The notes: generated by a model not told the origin, from the sequence alone. A stretch of DNA of 33,406 nt from Promethearchaeia archaeon (GCA_046483985.1 JAWOCD010000013.1:1-33406); one strand, 5' to 3'. Counted from the first letter of the stretch, positions 1 to 8,778 are shown. Numbers and translations are program-made.

Positions 1-1
1 T

Positions 2-184
2 GAGATCGATTGGAAGAAAGTAGCACAATCTGCTGTAAAGCAATATTTAGAGAAGTTAGAGTTAGCAGATCGTCTTACAGCAAAAAGCAAAATTACGCTT
101 GAGGATGCTGATAAATGGGGCGATGAGATTAAACAAGAAATGTGGAAACGGCATAAATATTACATTGAGCATCTTGAAGAATGA
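2..184 (+). CDS. Antitoxin (VapB/RHH-type), 5'-partial
   Basis: Not in the ORF track. The frame from nt 2 reads EIDWKKVAQSAVKQYLEKLELADRLTAKSKITLEDADKWGDEIKQEMWKRHKYYIEHLEE*, similar to the 'EINWS.VAR.AI' archaeal antitoxins. Its TGA overlaps the PIN gene ATG (ATGA, 181-184). Confidence 0.75.
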   Translation, partial: EIDWKKVAQSAVKQYLEKLELADRLTAKSKITLEDADKWGDEIKQEMWKRHKYYIEHLEE

Positions 185-597
185 AACTTATTATCGATAC
201 AAATATTATCTTTTCAGGTTTAATACGAGCATCTTTTACTCGTGATATTCTTCTTAGCATAGATTTTACATTTTATTTACCTGATTATTATCATACCGAA
301 TTAAAAAAATATATTCCATTAATTCGAGAAAAAATGGGTGTTCCGCTTGAGGAAGTTAAGAAGACTGTGGATTTAGTGCATGAGCAAATTACATTCGTTC
401 CTGAGGAAGAATATAGTAAAAAAATGCCAGAAGCAGTAAAAATTATGGGGCAGATTGACGAGAAAGATGTGCCATTTATAGCTTTAGCACTCTCAATAAA
501 GAATGACGGTATTTGGACAAATGATAAGCATTTTTTAAAACAAGATAAATTAAAAGTATATTCAACAGCGGATATCATAGAAATCTTAAATAAGTAA
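181..597 (+). CDS. vapC: PIN-domain ribonuclease toxin (VapC family)
   Basis: N-terminal IIDTNII, central D.KD.PFIALA and IWTNDKHF motifs; translationally coupled to the upstream small gene. Confidence 0.9.
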   Translation: MKLIIDTNIIFSGLIRASFTRDILLSIDFTFYLPDYYHTELKKYIPLIREKMGVPLEEVKKTVDLVHEQITFVPEEEYSKKMPEAVKIMGQIDEKDVPFIALALSIKNDGIWTNDKHFLKQDKLKVYSTADIIEILNK

Positions 598-838
598 AAT
601 GAAGAATCTTAATAGCACCCCCCTCAGAAAATAATTCAATATAGGGGATGGGATATGAGTTTTTCTCCACTATCCATTTCTCCCCATCTTCGCTGCTTTC
701 GGAAGGCGGTTCGATTACTTTCCACCCGAACTGTTCTAATTTATTCCGACCTATTTCGCCCTCTTGGCGGGGCGGGTTCTCCTCCATCCGAATCGTCTCA
801 TCGTCAATGATCGTGAGCATATCGATATCTATTTTCAT
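575..838 (-). CDS. Hypothetical protein, possibly a foreign fragment
   Basis: 87-aa ORF with more G/C-ending codons than its neighbours; TATA-like and GTGA-like elements upstream; 3' end overlaps vapC convergently. Confidence 0.4.
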   Translation of the reverse strand: MKIDIDMLTIIDDETIRMEENPPRQEGEIGRNKLEQFGWKVIEPPSESSEDGEKWIVEKNSYPIPYIELFSEGGAIKILHFTYLRFL

Positions 839-930
839 CCTTACGCATCACTTTGCACTATACATATAATTCATATGCCCAATATGGATGAGGGCTATAA
901 AAAAATACGGGGTATAGATTCTTATTGAAG

Positions 931-973
931 AAAAAAGATCGGAAAGATGCGAAGGGTCGGCATCCCTATTCCG
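931..973 (-). terminator. Hairpin plus oligo(T) terminator-like element
   Basis: The minus strand reads CGGAA-TAGG-GATGC-CGACCCTTC-GCATC-T-TTCCG-ATC-TTTTTT, overlapping and following the stop of the 966..1088 ORF. Confidence 0.4.
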
Positions 974-1088
974 TTTCGATCCCGAAGTCGTCATAGATCT
1001 CCTTCTGAGCGTTCATTAAGATCTCGATGTCATTGTAGCCCCCGTATTCCTTGCAGATATTTATGAATTTGATCTGGTCAATGCCCAT
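966..1088 (-). CDS. Small 40-aa ORF or C-terminal gene fragment
   Basis: Read manually: MGIDQIKFINICKEYGGYNDIEILMNAQKEIYDDFGIETE*. Strong C/G third-position bias (ATC, GAC, TAC, TTC, AAG), unlike the flanking genes. Confidence 0.4.
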   Translation of the reverse strand: MGIDQIKFINICKEYGGYNDIEILMNAQKEIYDDFGIETE

Positions 1089-1098
1089 ATGAAAAAAT

Positions 1099-1572
1099 CT
1101 AAGATAATTGCAATTTAAGTTGATCTTCATCAATTTTTTTTATAATTCCTACTTTTTCAAGAATGTCTTTCATCCCCAAAAGAAATGGCCCCCTATCAAA
1201 TGAATGGAATGCAAACCATCCCGATAATTCTGTTGATTCTTTATTGAAATCATCTATTAGTTTGAAAGGAACTTTTGCGACCTTAACTTTGACTCAGTTT
1301 TCTTTCTGCGGTGCTGCTCCACGAATATAGCCCGTAAATTCTGAATTAATCTGTAAATGTTTTAAGATCATATCGGGCGCATATGAAATAAACGCCCCCG
1401 TGTCGATAACAAACTTATATATCGCTTCAAAGGGAGCATCATTAGTTTTAAAAAGTAAACGAGCTATATATCTGGTAGAATTACCAAATATTTCTTCGAA
1501 GCGATTTTTTGAAAGATCTCCCCAAAATTCTCTAGAAGGAGTATATTCACTTTTTTTAAAAGTTAAATCCAT
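1099..1572 (-). pseudogene. Retropepsin-like (clan AA) aspartyl protease interrupted by a single in-frame TGA at 1294-1296
   Basis: Contains the FVIDTGA catalytic motif. The frame continues past the TGA as VKVKVAKVPFKLIDDFNKESTELSGWFAFHSFDRGPFLLGMKDILEKVGIIKKIDEDQLKLQLS* (TAG 1099-1101), which includes the conserved LLGM.D.L psi-loop motif. Confidence 0.75.
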
Positions 1573-1846
1573 AGACCGTTGCCCCTTCTTCAATATATTC
1601 TATTTCACACCTTTCTCCTGTAGGGATCAGGCTTTTCAGCGTGTTATACAATTGTCTGAGTGATTTATCTATAGCTATAATTTGGTCATCATAGATTGCT
1701 ATATTATGTCCTCGCAATTGTTCTATGAATTTGGCTTTCTGGTCCAAATGTATTGGTAATTGTAGGTTTAATAGCTCTTCCTTCTTATCATCGGGTAAGG
1801 ATGTTTTTGAAGATCCATTTTCTAAAATTTTACCCATTTTTCTCAT
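1556..1846 (-). CDS. DUF5678-like small protein, partner of the aspartyl protease
   Basis: Pattern 'LRGHNIAIYDDQIIAIDKSLRQLYNTL...IEYI'; overlaps the start of the retropepsin gene, a commonly seen gene pair. The start may be 1837. Confidence 0.65.
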   Translation of the reverse strand: MRKMGKILENGSSKTSLPDDKKEELLNLQLPIHLDQKAKFIEQLRGHNIAIYDDQIIAIDKSLRQLYNTLKSLIPTGERCEIEYIEEGATVYGFNF

Positions 1847-1888
1847 TCACCATTCTTTAATTCTTATATTACAAATACTTATATATTC

Positions 1889-2074
1889 TTATATTTTTTT
1901 CCATCCTTTATATTCTAATATTTTCATTCTATAGATTTCCAAATATGGTATGACTGCATCTTGTAGCAATTTTGAATTAATAAATTCTTCTTTTTCCTTA
2001 TCGCGAATATATTCCTCAATTAGTCCTATAGATTCTATTATATGGTTCAGAAAGACACGTACATTTTTCTTCAT
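1889..2074 (-). pseudogene. Truncated HEPN/HepT (DUF86) ribonuclease toxin
   Basis: The N-terminal half is typical of DUF86 (FLNHIIESIGLIEEY...EEF...LLQDAVI..LEI), but the sequence then diverges and stops at 61 aa. No R-x4-H motif. Coupled to the MNT gene. Confidence 0.75.
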
Positions 2075-2358
2075 AAGATCCCTACCTGTTGCTTAAGGAT
2101 GCGTTCTTTTAGCAAGGGATGAATGGAATTAAAGGTTAAAATATCCACACCGCATTGTAATTTTTTCTCGATCTCTGATTTTAACCGGGCTAAATCCAAT
2201 AGGCTCTTTCTACCGGAGAATTCTACGATTAAATCAAGGTCACTTTGAGCGGTTGCCTCCCCTCGAGCAAAAGAACCAAACACGCTCGCACGTTTTACAT
2301 TGTGACTCTTGAGTATCCGCTCAATAACCGGTTTAATTTCCTCAATCGTTCTGCTCAT
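2071..2358 (-). CDS. Minimal nucleotidyltransferase (MNT/MntA antitoxin)
   Basis: VFGSFARGE...SDLDLIVEF and VDIL motifs; likely ATG at 2358 (MSRTIEEIK); overlaps the HEPN start. Confidence 0.9.
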   Translation of the reverse strand: MSRTIEEIKPVIERILKSHNVKRASVFGSFARGEATAQSDLDLIVEFSGRKSLLDLARLKSEIEKKLQCGVDILTFNSIHPLLKERILKQQVGIL

Positions 2359-2656
2359 TAGGAAGAATTCACCTACTCTTGCAGTATTTATTGGCTTTAT
2401 ATCTAAAAAATACATACTCATCTTCATATTTATTTTTTGGTCTTAGAAGTAAAAAATAAAAGTTTCGCTTGTACCAAAAGATCCAGAATTTCAATAAAAT
2501 CGCAGAAATCATTCTGGAGCAAAACCAGCGGGTAATTCAAGGATTTAGGTTTTTTCACGGGACTTTACTATACCTCGAGATTATTTTTTTCTAATGTCAA
2601 GTTTTTGTAGTCTGTAACGAGAACATAATCTCAGAAAGCGAATTGAAATATTATAT

Positions 2657-3421
2657 TTGAATGGGAATTTTTTAGAAGAATTAGACGGGATTGAGGTCTT
2701 GGAGGATCTGGAAGTCCTATATTTAAGTTTAAATCATTTAAATGAGATTAATAATCTAAGTGAACTTAGGAATTTAAAAGAACTTCACTTAGACGACAAT
2801 GGGATACAAAGAATTAGAGGATTAAATAATCTAACTAATTTAGAGATTCTATCTTTAGCTTATAACTCTATAAAAACAATAGATAATTTAGATAGTCTTA
2901 GGAATTTAGAAAGTTTAGATTTGAGCTATAATGACATAGATAGAATTGGTGGTTTAAACAATCTGGATAATTTAACACAATTAGATCTTAGCGTTAATAA
3001 TATTTCAAAAATTAAAGGTTTGCGCAATTTAAAAAAGTTAACTTTTCTTGATTTAGAATCAAATTTAATAACAAAGATTGATAATTTAGAGGAACTTAAA
3101 AAATTAGAATATCTAATATTGTCTTATAATAATATTAAAAAGATTGAAAACTTAGACACATTAAATAGATTAAAAGAGTTAATTTTAAGTCATAATAAAA
3201 TTGAAAGGATTGAAAACTTAGAGAATTTAGGTAATTTAGAAAGACTTTCTCTTAATAGTAATGATATAAGAAATATAAGCGGATTATCAAATCTCAACAA
3301 TATAAAAAAAATGGATTTAGCAGACAATCCTTTTGAAAGTGAAGAAGAGAACTACTTAATACATTCCGAAGCTCCACCAAAAGCAATTATTCATTACTGC
3401 CGAAGATGTAAGAGATCATGA
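2657..3421 (+). CDS. Leucine-rich repeat protein (SDS22-like 22-aa repeats), probably 5'-truncated
   Basis: About ten LxxLxLxxNxIxxIxxL repeats followed by a C-terminal cap. The TTG 'start' lies inside a repeat, and the in-frame upstream codons read IEILY-LNGN. Confidence 0.85.
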   Translation: MNGNFLEELDGIEVLEDLEVLYLSLNHLNEINNLSELRNLKELHLDDNGIQRIRGLNNLTNLEILSLAYNSIKTIDNLDSLRNLESLDLSYNDIDRIGGLNNLDNLTQLDLSVNNISKIKGLRNLKKLTFLDLESNLITKIDNLEELKKLEYLILSYNNIKKIENLDTLNRLKELILSHNKIERIENLENLGNLERLSLNSNDIRNISGLSNLNNIKKMDLADNPFESEEENYLIHSEAPPKAIIHYCRRCKRS

Positions 3422-3707
3422 AGATCAGCTACGTTCTTAAAGTTATCACTTAGAAGTGAATCTTGGTGTTATAACTAATGGCCAAGCTCTATACATATAT
3501 AATATTCAAACTGTTAGATATATCGAAATTTATTACAAGCGAAGGAAGAATTTGTAGAAAGTGTCAGATGAGCCAATTTTCACAGCTCAGAAAGAAATCT
3601 CAAAAATAACTAACATTTTTCTTGATACATATTAGTTATTCTTCTCACATCTGGTCGTGACACTTAAACGCCTTGAAAAAAGGAATTAGGTCAAATAAAA
3701 TCGAATC

Positions 3708-3723
3708 AAAAAAGAAAAAAAAA
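3708..3723 (-). terminator. Oligo(T) archaeal terminator of the histone gene
   Basis: T9-C-T6 on the minus strand about 30 nt downstream of the histone stop codon. Confidence 0.55.
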
Positions 3724-3753
3724 GTAAATTAATATGAATCTAATTCTGGTGAA

Positions 3754-3960
3754 TTAGATTAAATCTATTGCGATTTCCATATCGCCTGCTGTAACTTTTT
3801 TGCGGCCCGAATGCTTTGCGATATCAAGCGCGCAATTGGTTAGATCTTTAGCGTATCCTTCCAAATAGTCCATTAATTTATCGACAGCATCACGACTTAC
3901 AATATCTGCACCAGCCTTCTTCATTAGTGATCGAAGGGGTGACCAGGCAAAAGCTCCCAT
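3754..3960 (-). CDS. Archaeal histone (HMf-like histone fold, tailless)
   Basis: FAWSPLRSLMKKAGADIVSRDAV...AKHSGRKKVTAGDM histone-fold signature; GGAGG Shine-Dalgarno at 3971-3975. Confidence 0.95.
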   Translation of the reverse strand: MGAFAWSPLRSLMKKAGADIVSRDAVDKLMDYLEGYAKDLTNCALDIAKHSGRKKVTAGDMEIAIDLI

Positions 3961-4020
3961 TTTATTTATTCCTCCACTTATTTGTTTTTTTATTATTTTT
4001 AATCCAATGTATAAATTTGT

Positions 4021-4135
4021 AAACAGTTTGAACTTGGAATAGTAAGAAAATTCAAACTATTTATATTAAAATTAGTATTACTTCTATTTAAATGTGATGG
4101 TTGATCATGGTTGTTTGATGAATTTGATCAACCAT
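4021..4135. promoter_or_regulatory. Histone upstream region: TATA-like box and two inverted repeats
   Basis: IR1 AAACAGTTTGAA (4021-4032) / TTCAAACTATTT (4051-4062) with 1 mismatch; IR2 ATGGTTGATCA (4097-4107) / TGATCAACCAT (4125-4135) perfect; minus-strand TATAAATA at about 4058-4065. Confidence 0.45.
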
Positions 4136-4722
4136 TTTCCCATCGACAAAAAAAATGAGATAGTTAAAAAAAAGATTTTTTATTTATGAGATTCAAATAA
4201 TTTTATTGATAAGGGAAATTGATAGATAGAAGGGGTTTTTGATCTGATTATTGATACTTCCTAGTAAAGGCATAAAAAATGGAGATGGACAAACCAGCAA
4301 GCACGGAGGAAAAAAAGGATCGAATCTCAGACTTTCGATTGAGAGAACTTTGTCAAAAAAATATGATAACTGTAAAAGGACAATAGTTCAATAGTTTTTT
4401 TAAAAAAAGAACAATGAGCAATCCAACCCACGTTTCCGCGAAAATGGGTGATTCTGATCTATCGAAAAAGATTGTAGGCATTGAACTCCTCAGAAGTACG
4501 CGCAGCAACCGTAATCCATGGAAGGGATTTATAAGTTCTTAAGCTTTTCAAGAAAAAGAATCCAATTAAGATATTTAAGGATGGAAATCGCTCAGATGAA
4601 GTCATACATTCCAATATAAGGAAAAAAGATAAAATGAAAGCCATAATAAAGGAAACGAAACGAGCAAAAAGGAATCCAAACAAGAAATAATAAAATGAAT
4701 AGGAAATATAGATTAGTTGGAG

Positions 4723-6723
4723 ATGCAGTTGGAAAATAGTTATAATGCTCACCGGCCCTATTACAAAATTGTTCCCATTCCATTCGAAAAGGTTCACATC
4801 AGCGACCCGTTCTGGTCCGAAAGACAAAAAGTCAACCGGGAAATTTCCATTTTTGCCCAGCATCGGCACTTAGAAGAGCAAGGACATCTCGACAACTTTC
4901 GGATCACGGCAGGTCAAAAAAGAGGGATGACAAAGGGACTGTTTTATTTGGATTCCGATCTCTACAAATGGCTGGAAGGGGCATCCTACATTCTCAGTCG
5001 GAACTTCGATAAACGGTTACACGAAATGGTGGAAGAGATGGTAACCCTAATTAAGCAATCCCAGACATCCGATGGTTATGTGAATACCTTTTTTACCACT
5101 AAATTTCTGGAGGAACGATTCACCACCACCTATGTAACCCATGAACTATACTGTGCGGGTCATTTATTTCAAGCTGCCATCGCTCATTATAAGGCTACCG
5201 GTAATACAACTCTCTTAAAAGTGGCTGAGCGATTCGCGGACCTGTTAGTGCACCTATACCTTACCCGTCACAGGAAGGGGGTGCCAGGGCACGAAGAGAT
5301 TGAAATGGCATTGATCGATCTATACAGACATACCGGAAAGAACAAATATCTCAAACTAGCGAAAGAATTTCTCACGCGGCGCGGCACTATTCCCCATTTT
5401 AAAACGTATGCTATGAACCAATATCTCCATACGTCCTCGCTCTTACGGAAAGCAGAGCAACTGCAAAAAGAAAAATTAAAAAAAAATACGCTAAAGGGAA
5501 ACGAGGCGGAGGCAAAAATAGAGGAGGAATCTCCTGAATATCTCACCGGGATGACTGTAAAGGATGCTATTGTATTAATACGGGAAAACCTTAATGGAAA
5601 GGTATATCAGCTCCATAAGCCCGTCCGAGAGATTCGAAAGCCCGTGGGACACGCAGTTCGCGCTCTGTATTTATATTGCGGAATGGCAGATTTATATGCA
5701 GAAACGGGGGAAGAAGAGCTATTAAAAGCATTAGAACTAATCTGGCTGAAAATGACTAAAGCCCAAATGTATATTACGGGGGGAACGGGCACGGTAAAAA
5801 GTACCGAAGGATTTGGGAAGGATTTTGCACTTGATCCCGCAGACTCCTATTCAGAGACATGCGCCGCAATCGGCAATCTTATGTGGAACTGGCGCATGCT
5901 GCAAATCACGGGCAAAACAAAATATGCCGAATTGATTGAACGGCTGTTATATAATGCGGTGTTGGTAGGTCAGTCGATCGACGGGTTAAAATATACCTAT
6001 ACAAACCCGCTTAAGTCTTGTGGAGACGATACGCGTCATGAGTGGTTCATCTGCGCATGTTGTCCTCCCAATATTGCCAGGACCATATCTTCCTTGGGAA
6101 ATTACATTTATAGCAAAACAAAAAATGGGGTATATATCCATCAATACATCGGCAGCTCCGTGCAACTGACTCTGGAGAATACTAAAGTGCGGATAACAAT
6201 GGAATCTCATTTTCCATGGCACGGCGATGTGCAAATCCACATAGATCCTTCCAATTTCGGTCAGTTTTCTCTCTTTTTACGTATTCCTAATTGGGCAGAA
6301 GACACTAACTTAGCTGTTAACGGAAAAGCTGTCACTAATACGTTGAAGAAGAGTACGTATTTCAAAATTCGGAGGATTTGGGAGAGGGGGGATAAAATTC
6401 AACTGAGATTTTTCATGGAACCGAAAATAATAAAAAGTGAGCCACGGGTAAAATCAACCTGTGGAAAAGTTGCGATTCGATATGGTCCATTAATATACTG
6501 CATGGAGCAGATTGATAATCCCACAATTGATATTTTCAAGGGAACAATTGCGGAAAAACCCCATTTTCAAGTCATCTACAAAGAGAAACTGCTGGGAGGG
6601 ATTAATATCATTAAGGGAGAATTAGCAAATAATTCCGAATTTACGGCTATCCCATACTATGCGTGGGGCAATCGGGGGCCAAATAAAATGCAGGTATGGC
6701 AACCTTTAGAGAAAAAAAGATAA
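4723..6723 (+). CDS. Glycoside hydrolase family 127 (beta-L-arabinofuranosidase-like)
   Basis: DSDLYKWLEG, HELYCAGH, GHEEIE, GHAVR, YSETCAAIG and CACCPPN (Zn/nucleophile cysteines) motifs; C-terminal IPYYAWGNRG. Confidence 0.93.
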   Translation: MQLENSYNAHRPYYKIVPIPFEKVHISDPFWSERQKVNREISIFAQHRHLEEQGHLDNFRITAGQKRGMTKGLFYLDSDLYKWLEGASYILSRNFDKRLHEMVEEMVTLIKQSQTSDGYVNTFFTTKFLEERFTTTYVTHELYCAGHLFQAAIAHYKATGNTTLLKVAERFADLLVHLYLTRHRKGVPGHEEIEMALIDLYRHTGKNKYLKLAKEFLTRRGTIPHFKTYAMNQYLHTSSLLRKAEQLQKEKLKKNTLKGNEAEAKIEEESPEYLTGMTVKDAIVLIRENLNGKVYQLHKPVREIRKPVGHAVRALYLYCGMADLYAETGEEELLKALELIWLKMTKAQMYITGGTGTVKSTEGFGKDFALDPADSYSETCAAIGNLMWNWRMLQITGKTKYAELIERLLYNAVLVGQSIDGLKYTYTNPLKSCGDDTRHEWFICACCPPNIARTISSLGNYIYSKTKNGVYIHQYIGSSVQLTLENTKVRITMESHFPWHGDVQIHIDPSNFGQFSLFLRIPNWAEDTNLAVNGKAVTNTLKKSTYFKIRRIWERGDKIQLRFFMEPKIIKSEPRVKSTCGKVAIRYGPLIYCMEQIDNPTIDIFKGTIAEKPHFQVIYKEKLLGGINIIKGELANNSEFTAIPYYAWGNRGPNKMQVWQPLEKKR

Positions 6724-6743
6724 AGATAAGAAAAGAGCGGGAA

Positions 6744-8156
6744 TTATTCGTGTACTCGTTCATAATATTCATTATAAGAGCAGAGATGATCAAGTGAGTT
6801 TGCTGCGAGTTCAATAGATTCAAATATTGGCACTCTTAACTCAAACAATTTCCGTTTAAATAAGACTTTTTGGGCATAATCGCTGGTATCATCTATAATC
6901 TTATAAGCGATGCAGATCAGTGGTTTTTTCATTTCTTGATACGCTTTTTTAATTTCTTCTATAAATTCGTGATTAAAATCATAGTGCTTAATAAATACCA
7001 CAGCGGAAATATTTGGATCCGAATCTAACGTCACTAAAGTCCGATGGAGGACCTCGGGTCGTGCACCCGATCCTCCTAAGTCCAATGGGTTACGGATAAT
7101 GGTATTAACGTCCGGTAAAAATTCTTTAAATTTCTCTGCTGTTTCGCCCGTTAGTTTGGGAACGTGTAAATTATGTTGTTCAAAGACGTCGGTAATTTCG
7201 ATTGAGGCGCCGCCCCCAACTGCAGTAACTGCAAAGTTCCGGTTAATGGGTAAATGATTCAAATGTTCAAAGGCCATTGCCAGATTAATCAATTCATGGG
7301 AATTATTCACCCAACATACCCCGGTTTGTTTAGCCATCGCCTTCCAAATCTGAAGAGAGCCCGCCAACCCACCAGTATGTGATACAATCGCCTCTTTTGA
7401 GGCTTCCCCGGTGCCAACCTTCCATAAAATAACAGGTTTTCCAGCGCGAGTGAGTTTTTTCACAGCCCTAAAGAATTTCCTCCCTTGCGCTTGGCTTTTT
7501 ATATTTTCAAGGTACAGAGCAACAATTTCTGTGTCCTCATCTGTTAAGAAATAATCCAAGAAGTCTACAAAATTCAGATCAATTTGATTACCGATGGATA
7601 TAACTTTGCTCGGGGGAACGCCGTACACGGATTGGGCCATCGCAGACGTATAAACCGATAATCCTCCAGATTGGAAAATCATCCCTAAGGGGCCAGAAGT
7701 ATCTTTCAAAAGAGTCAGAGCAAACGATAATTTTATTTCAGGGACAAATACCCCCAGACAGTTTGGTCCTAATAATCGGATATCATACTCATCTGCAATT
7801 TTCAGCAACTCTTCCTCCAGATGTCTATTTCCTACTTCTGAAAACCCAGAAGTAAAAATCGTTACGAAAGGGACTCCCTTTTTCCCACATTGTTCCAGAA
7901 TTTTGGGGGTGATTCGAGCGGGAACTGCAACAATTACATAATCCAGCGGCACATCATCCGGGATATCTAAGAGCGAGCCATACACTTCATAACCTTTTAA
8001 TGTTTTTCCTTTAAGGCGAGGATTAATTAAATAGAGAGGCCGCTCAAATCCCATATTAACTAACCCTCTTAGGAAATATCCGCCACCAAACCGTTTATCA
8101 TTGGCACCGACTATTCCAACAGCACGCGGTGAAAATAATCTGCTAAAATCAGTCAT
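6744..8156 (-). CDS. ADP-forming acyl-CoA synthetase alpha subunit (CoA-binding, AcdA-like)
   Basis: LFSPRAVGIVGA, TSGFSEVG, LLGPNCLG, QSGG, SIGNQID, phospho-His motif SHTGGLAG and NPLDL. No ATP-grasp beta domain. Confidence 0.9.
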   Translation of the reverse strand: MTDFSRLFSPRAVGIVGANDKRFGGGYFLRGLVNMGFERPLYLINPRLKGKTLKGYEVYGSLLDIPDDVPLDYVIVAVPARITPKILEQCGKKGVPFVTIFTSGFSEVGNRHLEEELLKIADEYDIRLLGPNCLGVFVPEIKLSFALTLLKDTSGPLGMIFQSGGLSVYTSAMAQSVYGVPPSKVISIGNQIDLNFVDFLDYFLTDEDTEIVALYLENIKSQAQGRKFFRAVKKLTRAGKPVILWKVGTGEASKEAIVSHTGGLAGSLQIWKAMAKQTGVCWVNNSHELINLAMAFEHLNHLPINRNFAVTAVGGGASIEITDVFEQHNLHVPKLTGETAEKFKEFLPDVNTIIRNPLDLGGSGARPEVLHRTLVTLDSDPNISAVVFIKHYDFNHEFIEEIKKAYQEMKKPLICIAYKIIDDTSDYAQKVLFKRKLFELRVPIFESIELAANSLDHLCSYNEYYERVHE

Positions 8157-8232
8157 AATTGTGAAGATTCCTTTTTAATAATAAATAAGATGAGGTACAA
8201 AATAATTAATCTGCATTAAAATTAAATAAATC

Positions 8233-8778
8233 TTAGATTGTTTTGGTTTTATCCAGCAAGATTTTGGTGATCACTTTAAACGCCTTTTCCACATTTTCTC
8301 CTGTTTTTGAAGATAACTCCATAAAGGAAGCTAAGTTATATTTCTGAGCCGCTAATACCCCTTCTTCATAACTTACCACGCGATATTCTTCAAGATCCTT
8401 TTTGGAACCGATTAGTACTATAGGAATGTCTCCTGCATTTTCCCGAATAATTTGTGTCCAATCGGGTAAGTGATCTAAACTTAAGGAGTTGGTGATATCG
8501 TAGAGAAAGAATGCCCCATTGGCACCCTTTACATATTGACTTAAAAGAAAGCGAAACCGTTCTTCTCCCCCAAAATCCCAGATCTGCAATTTTACCTTAT
8601 TATCATCAACCACAGTATTTTTGCTATAAAAATCAACGCCAATTGTTAATTTCAAATCATCTAAAAATGAACCGCTAATATATCTCAGTACTAAAGAAGT
8701 TTTTCCCACTGAAGCATCACCTAACATCATAATTTTAAATGTAAAATCATAATCTGTCATTCTATTGACATCCACCAT
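8233..8778 (-). CDS. Rab-like small GTPase
   Basis: G1 GDASVGKTS, G2 TIGVDF, G3 KLQIWDFGGEERF, YDIT, G4 GSKKD, G5 ELSSKTGENV. Confidence 0.95.
   Translation of the reverse strand: MVDVNRMTDYDFTFKIMMLGDASVGKTSLVLRYISGSFLDDLKLTIGVDFYSKNTVVDDNKVKLQIWDFGGEERFRFLLSQYVKGANGAFFLYDITNSLSLDHLPDWTQIIRENAGDIPIVLIGSKKDLEEYRVVSYEEGVLAAQKYNLASFMELSSKTGENVEKAFKVITKILLDKTKTI

Noticed and set aside
930-985. Hairpin downstream of the TGA-split protease as a SECIS element
   Set aside because: Lacks a clear AUGA/GA core and apical AA; better explained as a terminator-like structure of the small ORF.
2430-2640. Possible IS end or transposase remnant upstream of the LRR gene
   Set aside because: No paired terminal inverted repeats, target-site duplication or transposase motif could be identified.
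3478-3609. 43-aa ORF containing CRKC downstream of the LRR gene
   Set aside because: A single CxxC, no ribosome-binding site and no recognisable family; likely chance.
4414-4542. 42-aa plus-strand ORF and a weak hairpin near 4426-4449
   Set aside because: No Shine-Dalgarno, no motif, and an imperfect stem; cannot be supported as a gene or ncRNA.
4459-4869. 136-aa Phe-rich minus-strand ORF resembling a membrane protein
   Set aside because: Overlaps the GH127 start in antisense; the hydrophobicity comes from A-rich intergenic sequence.
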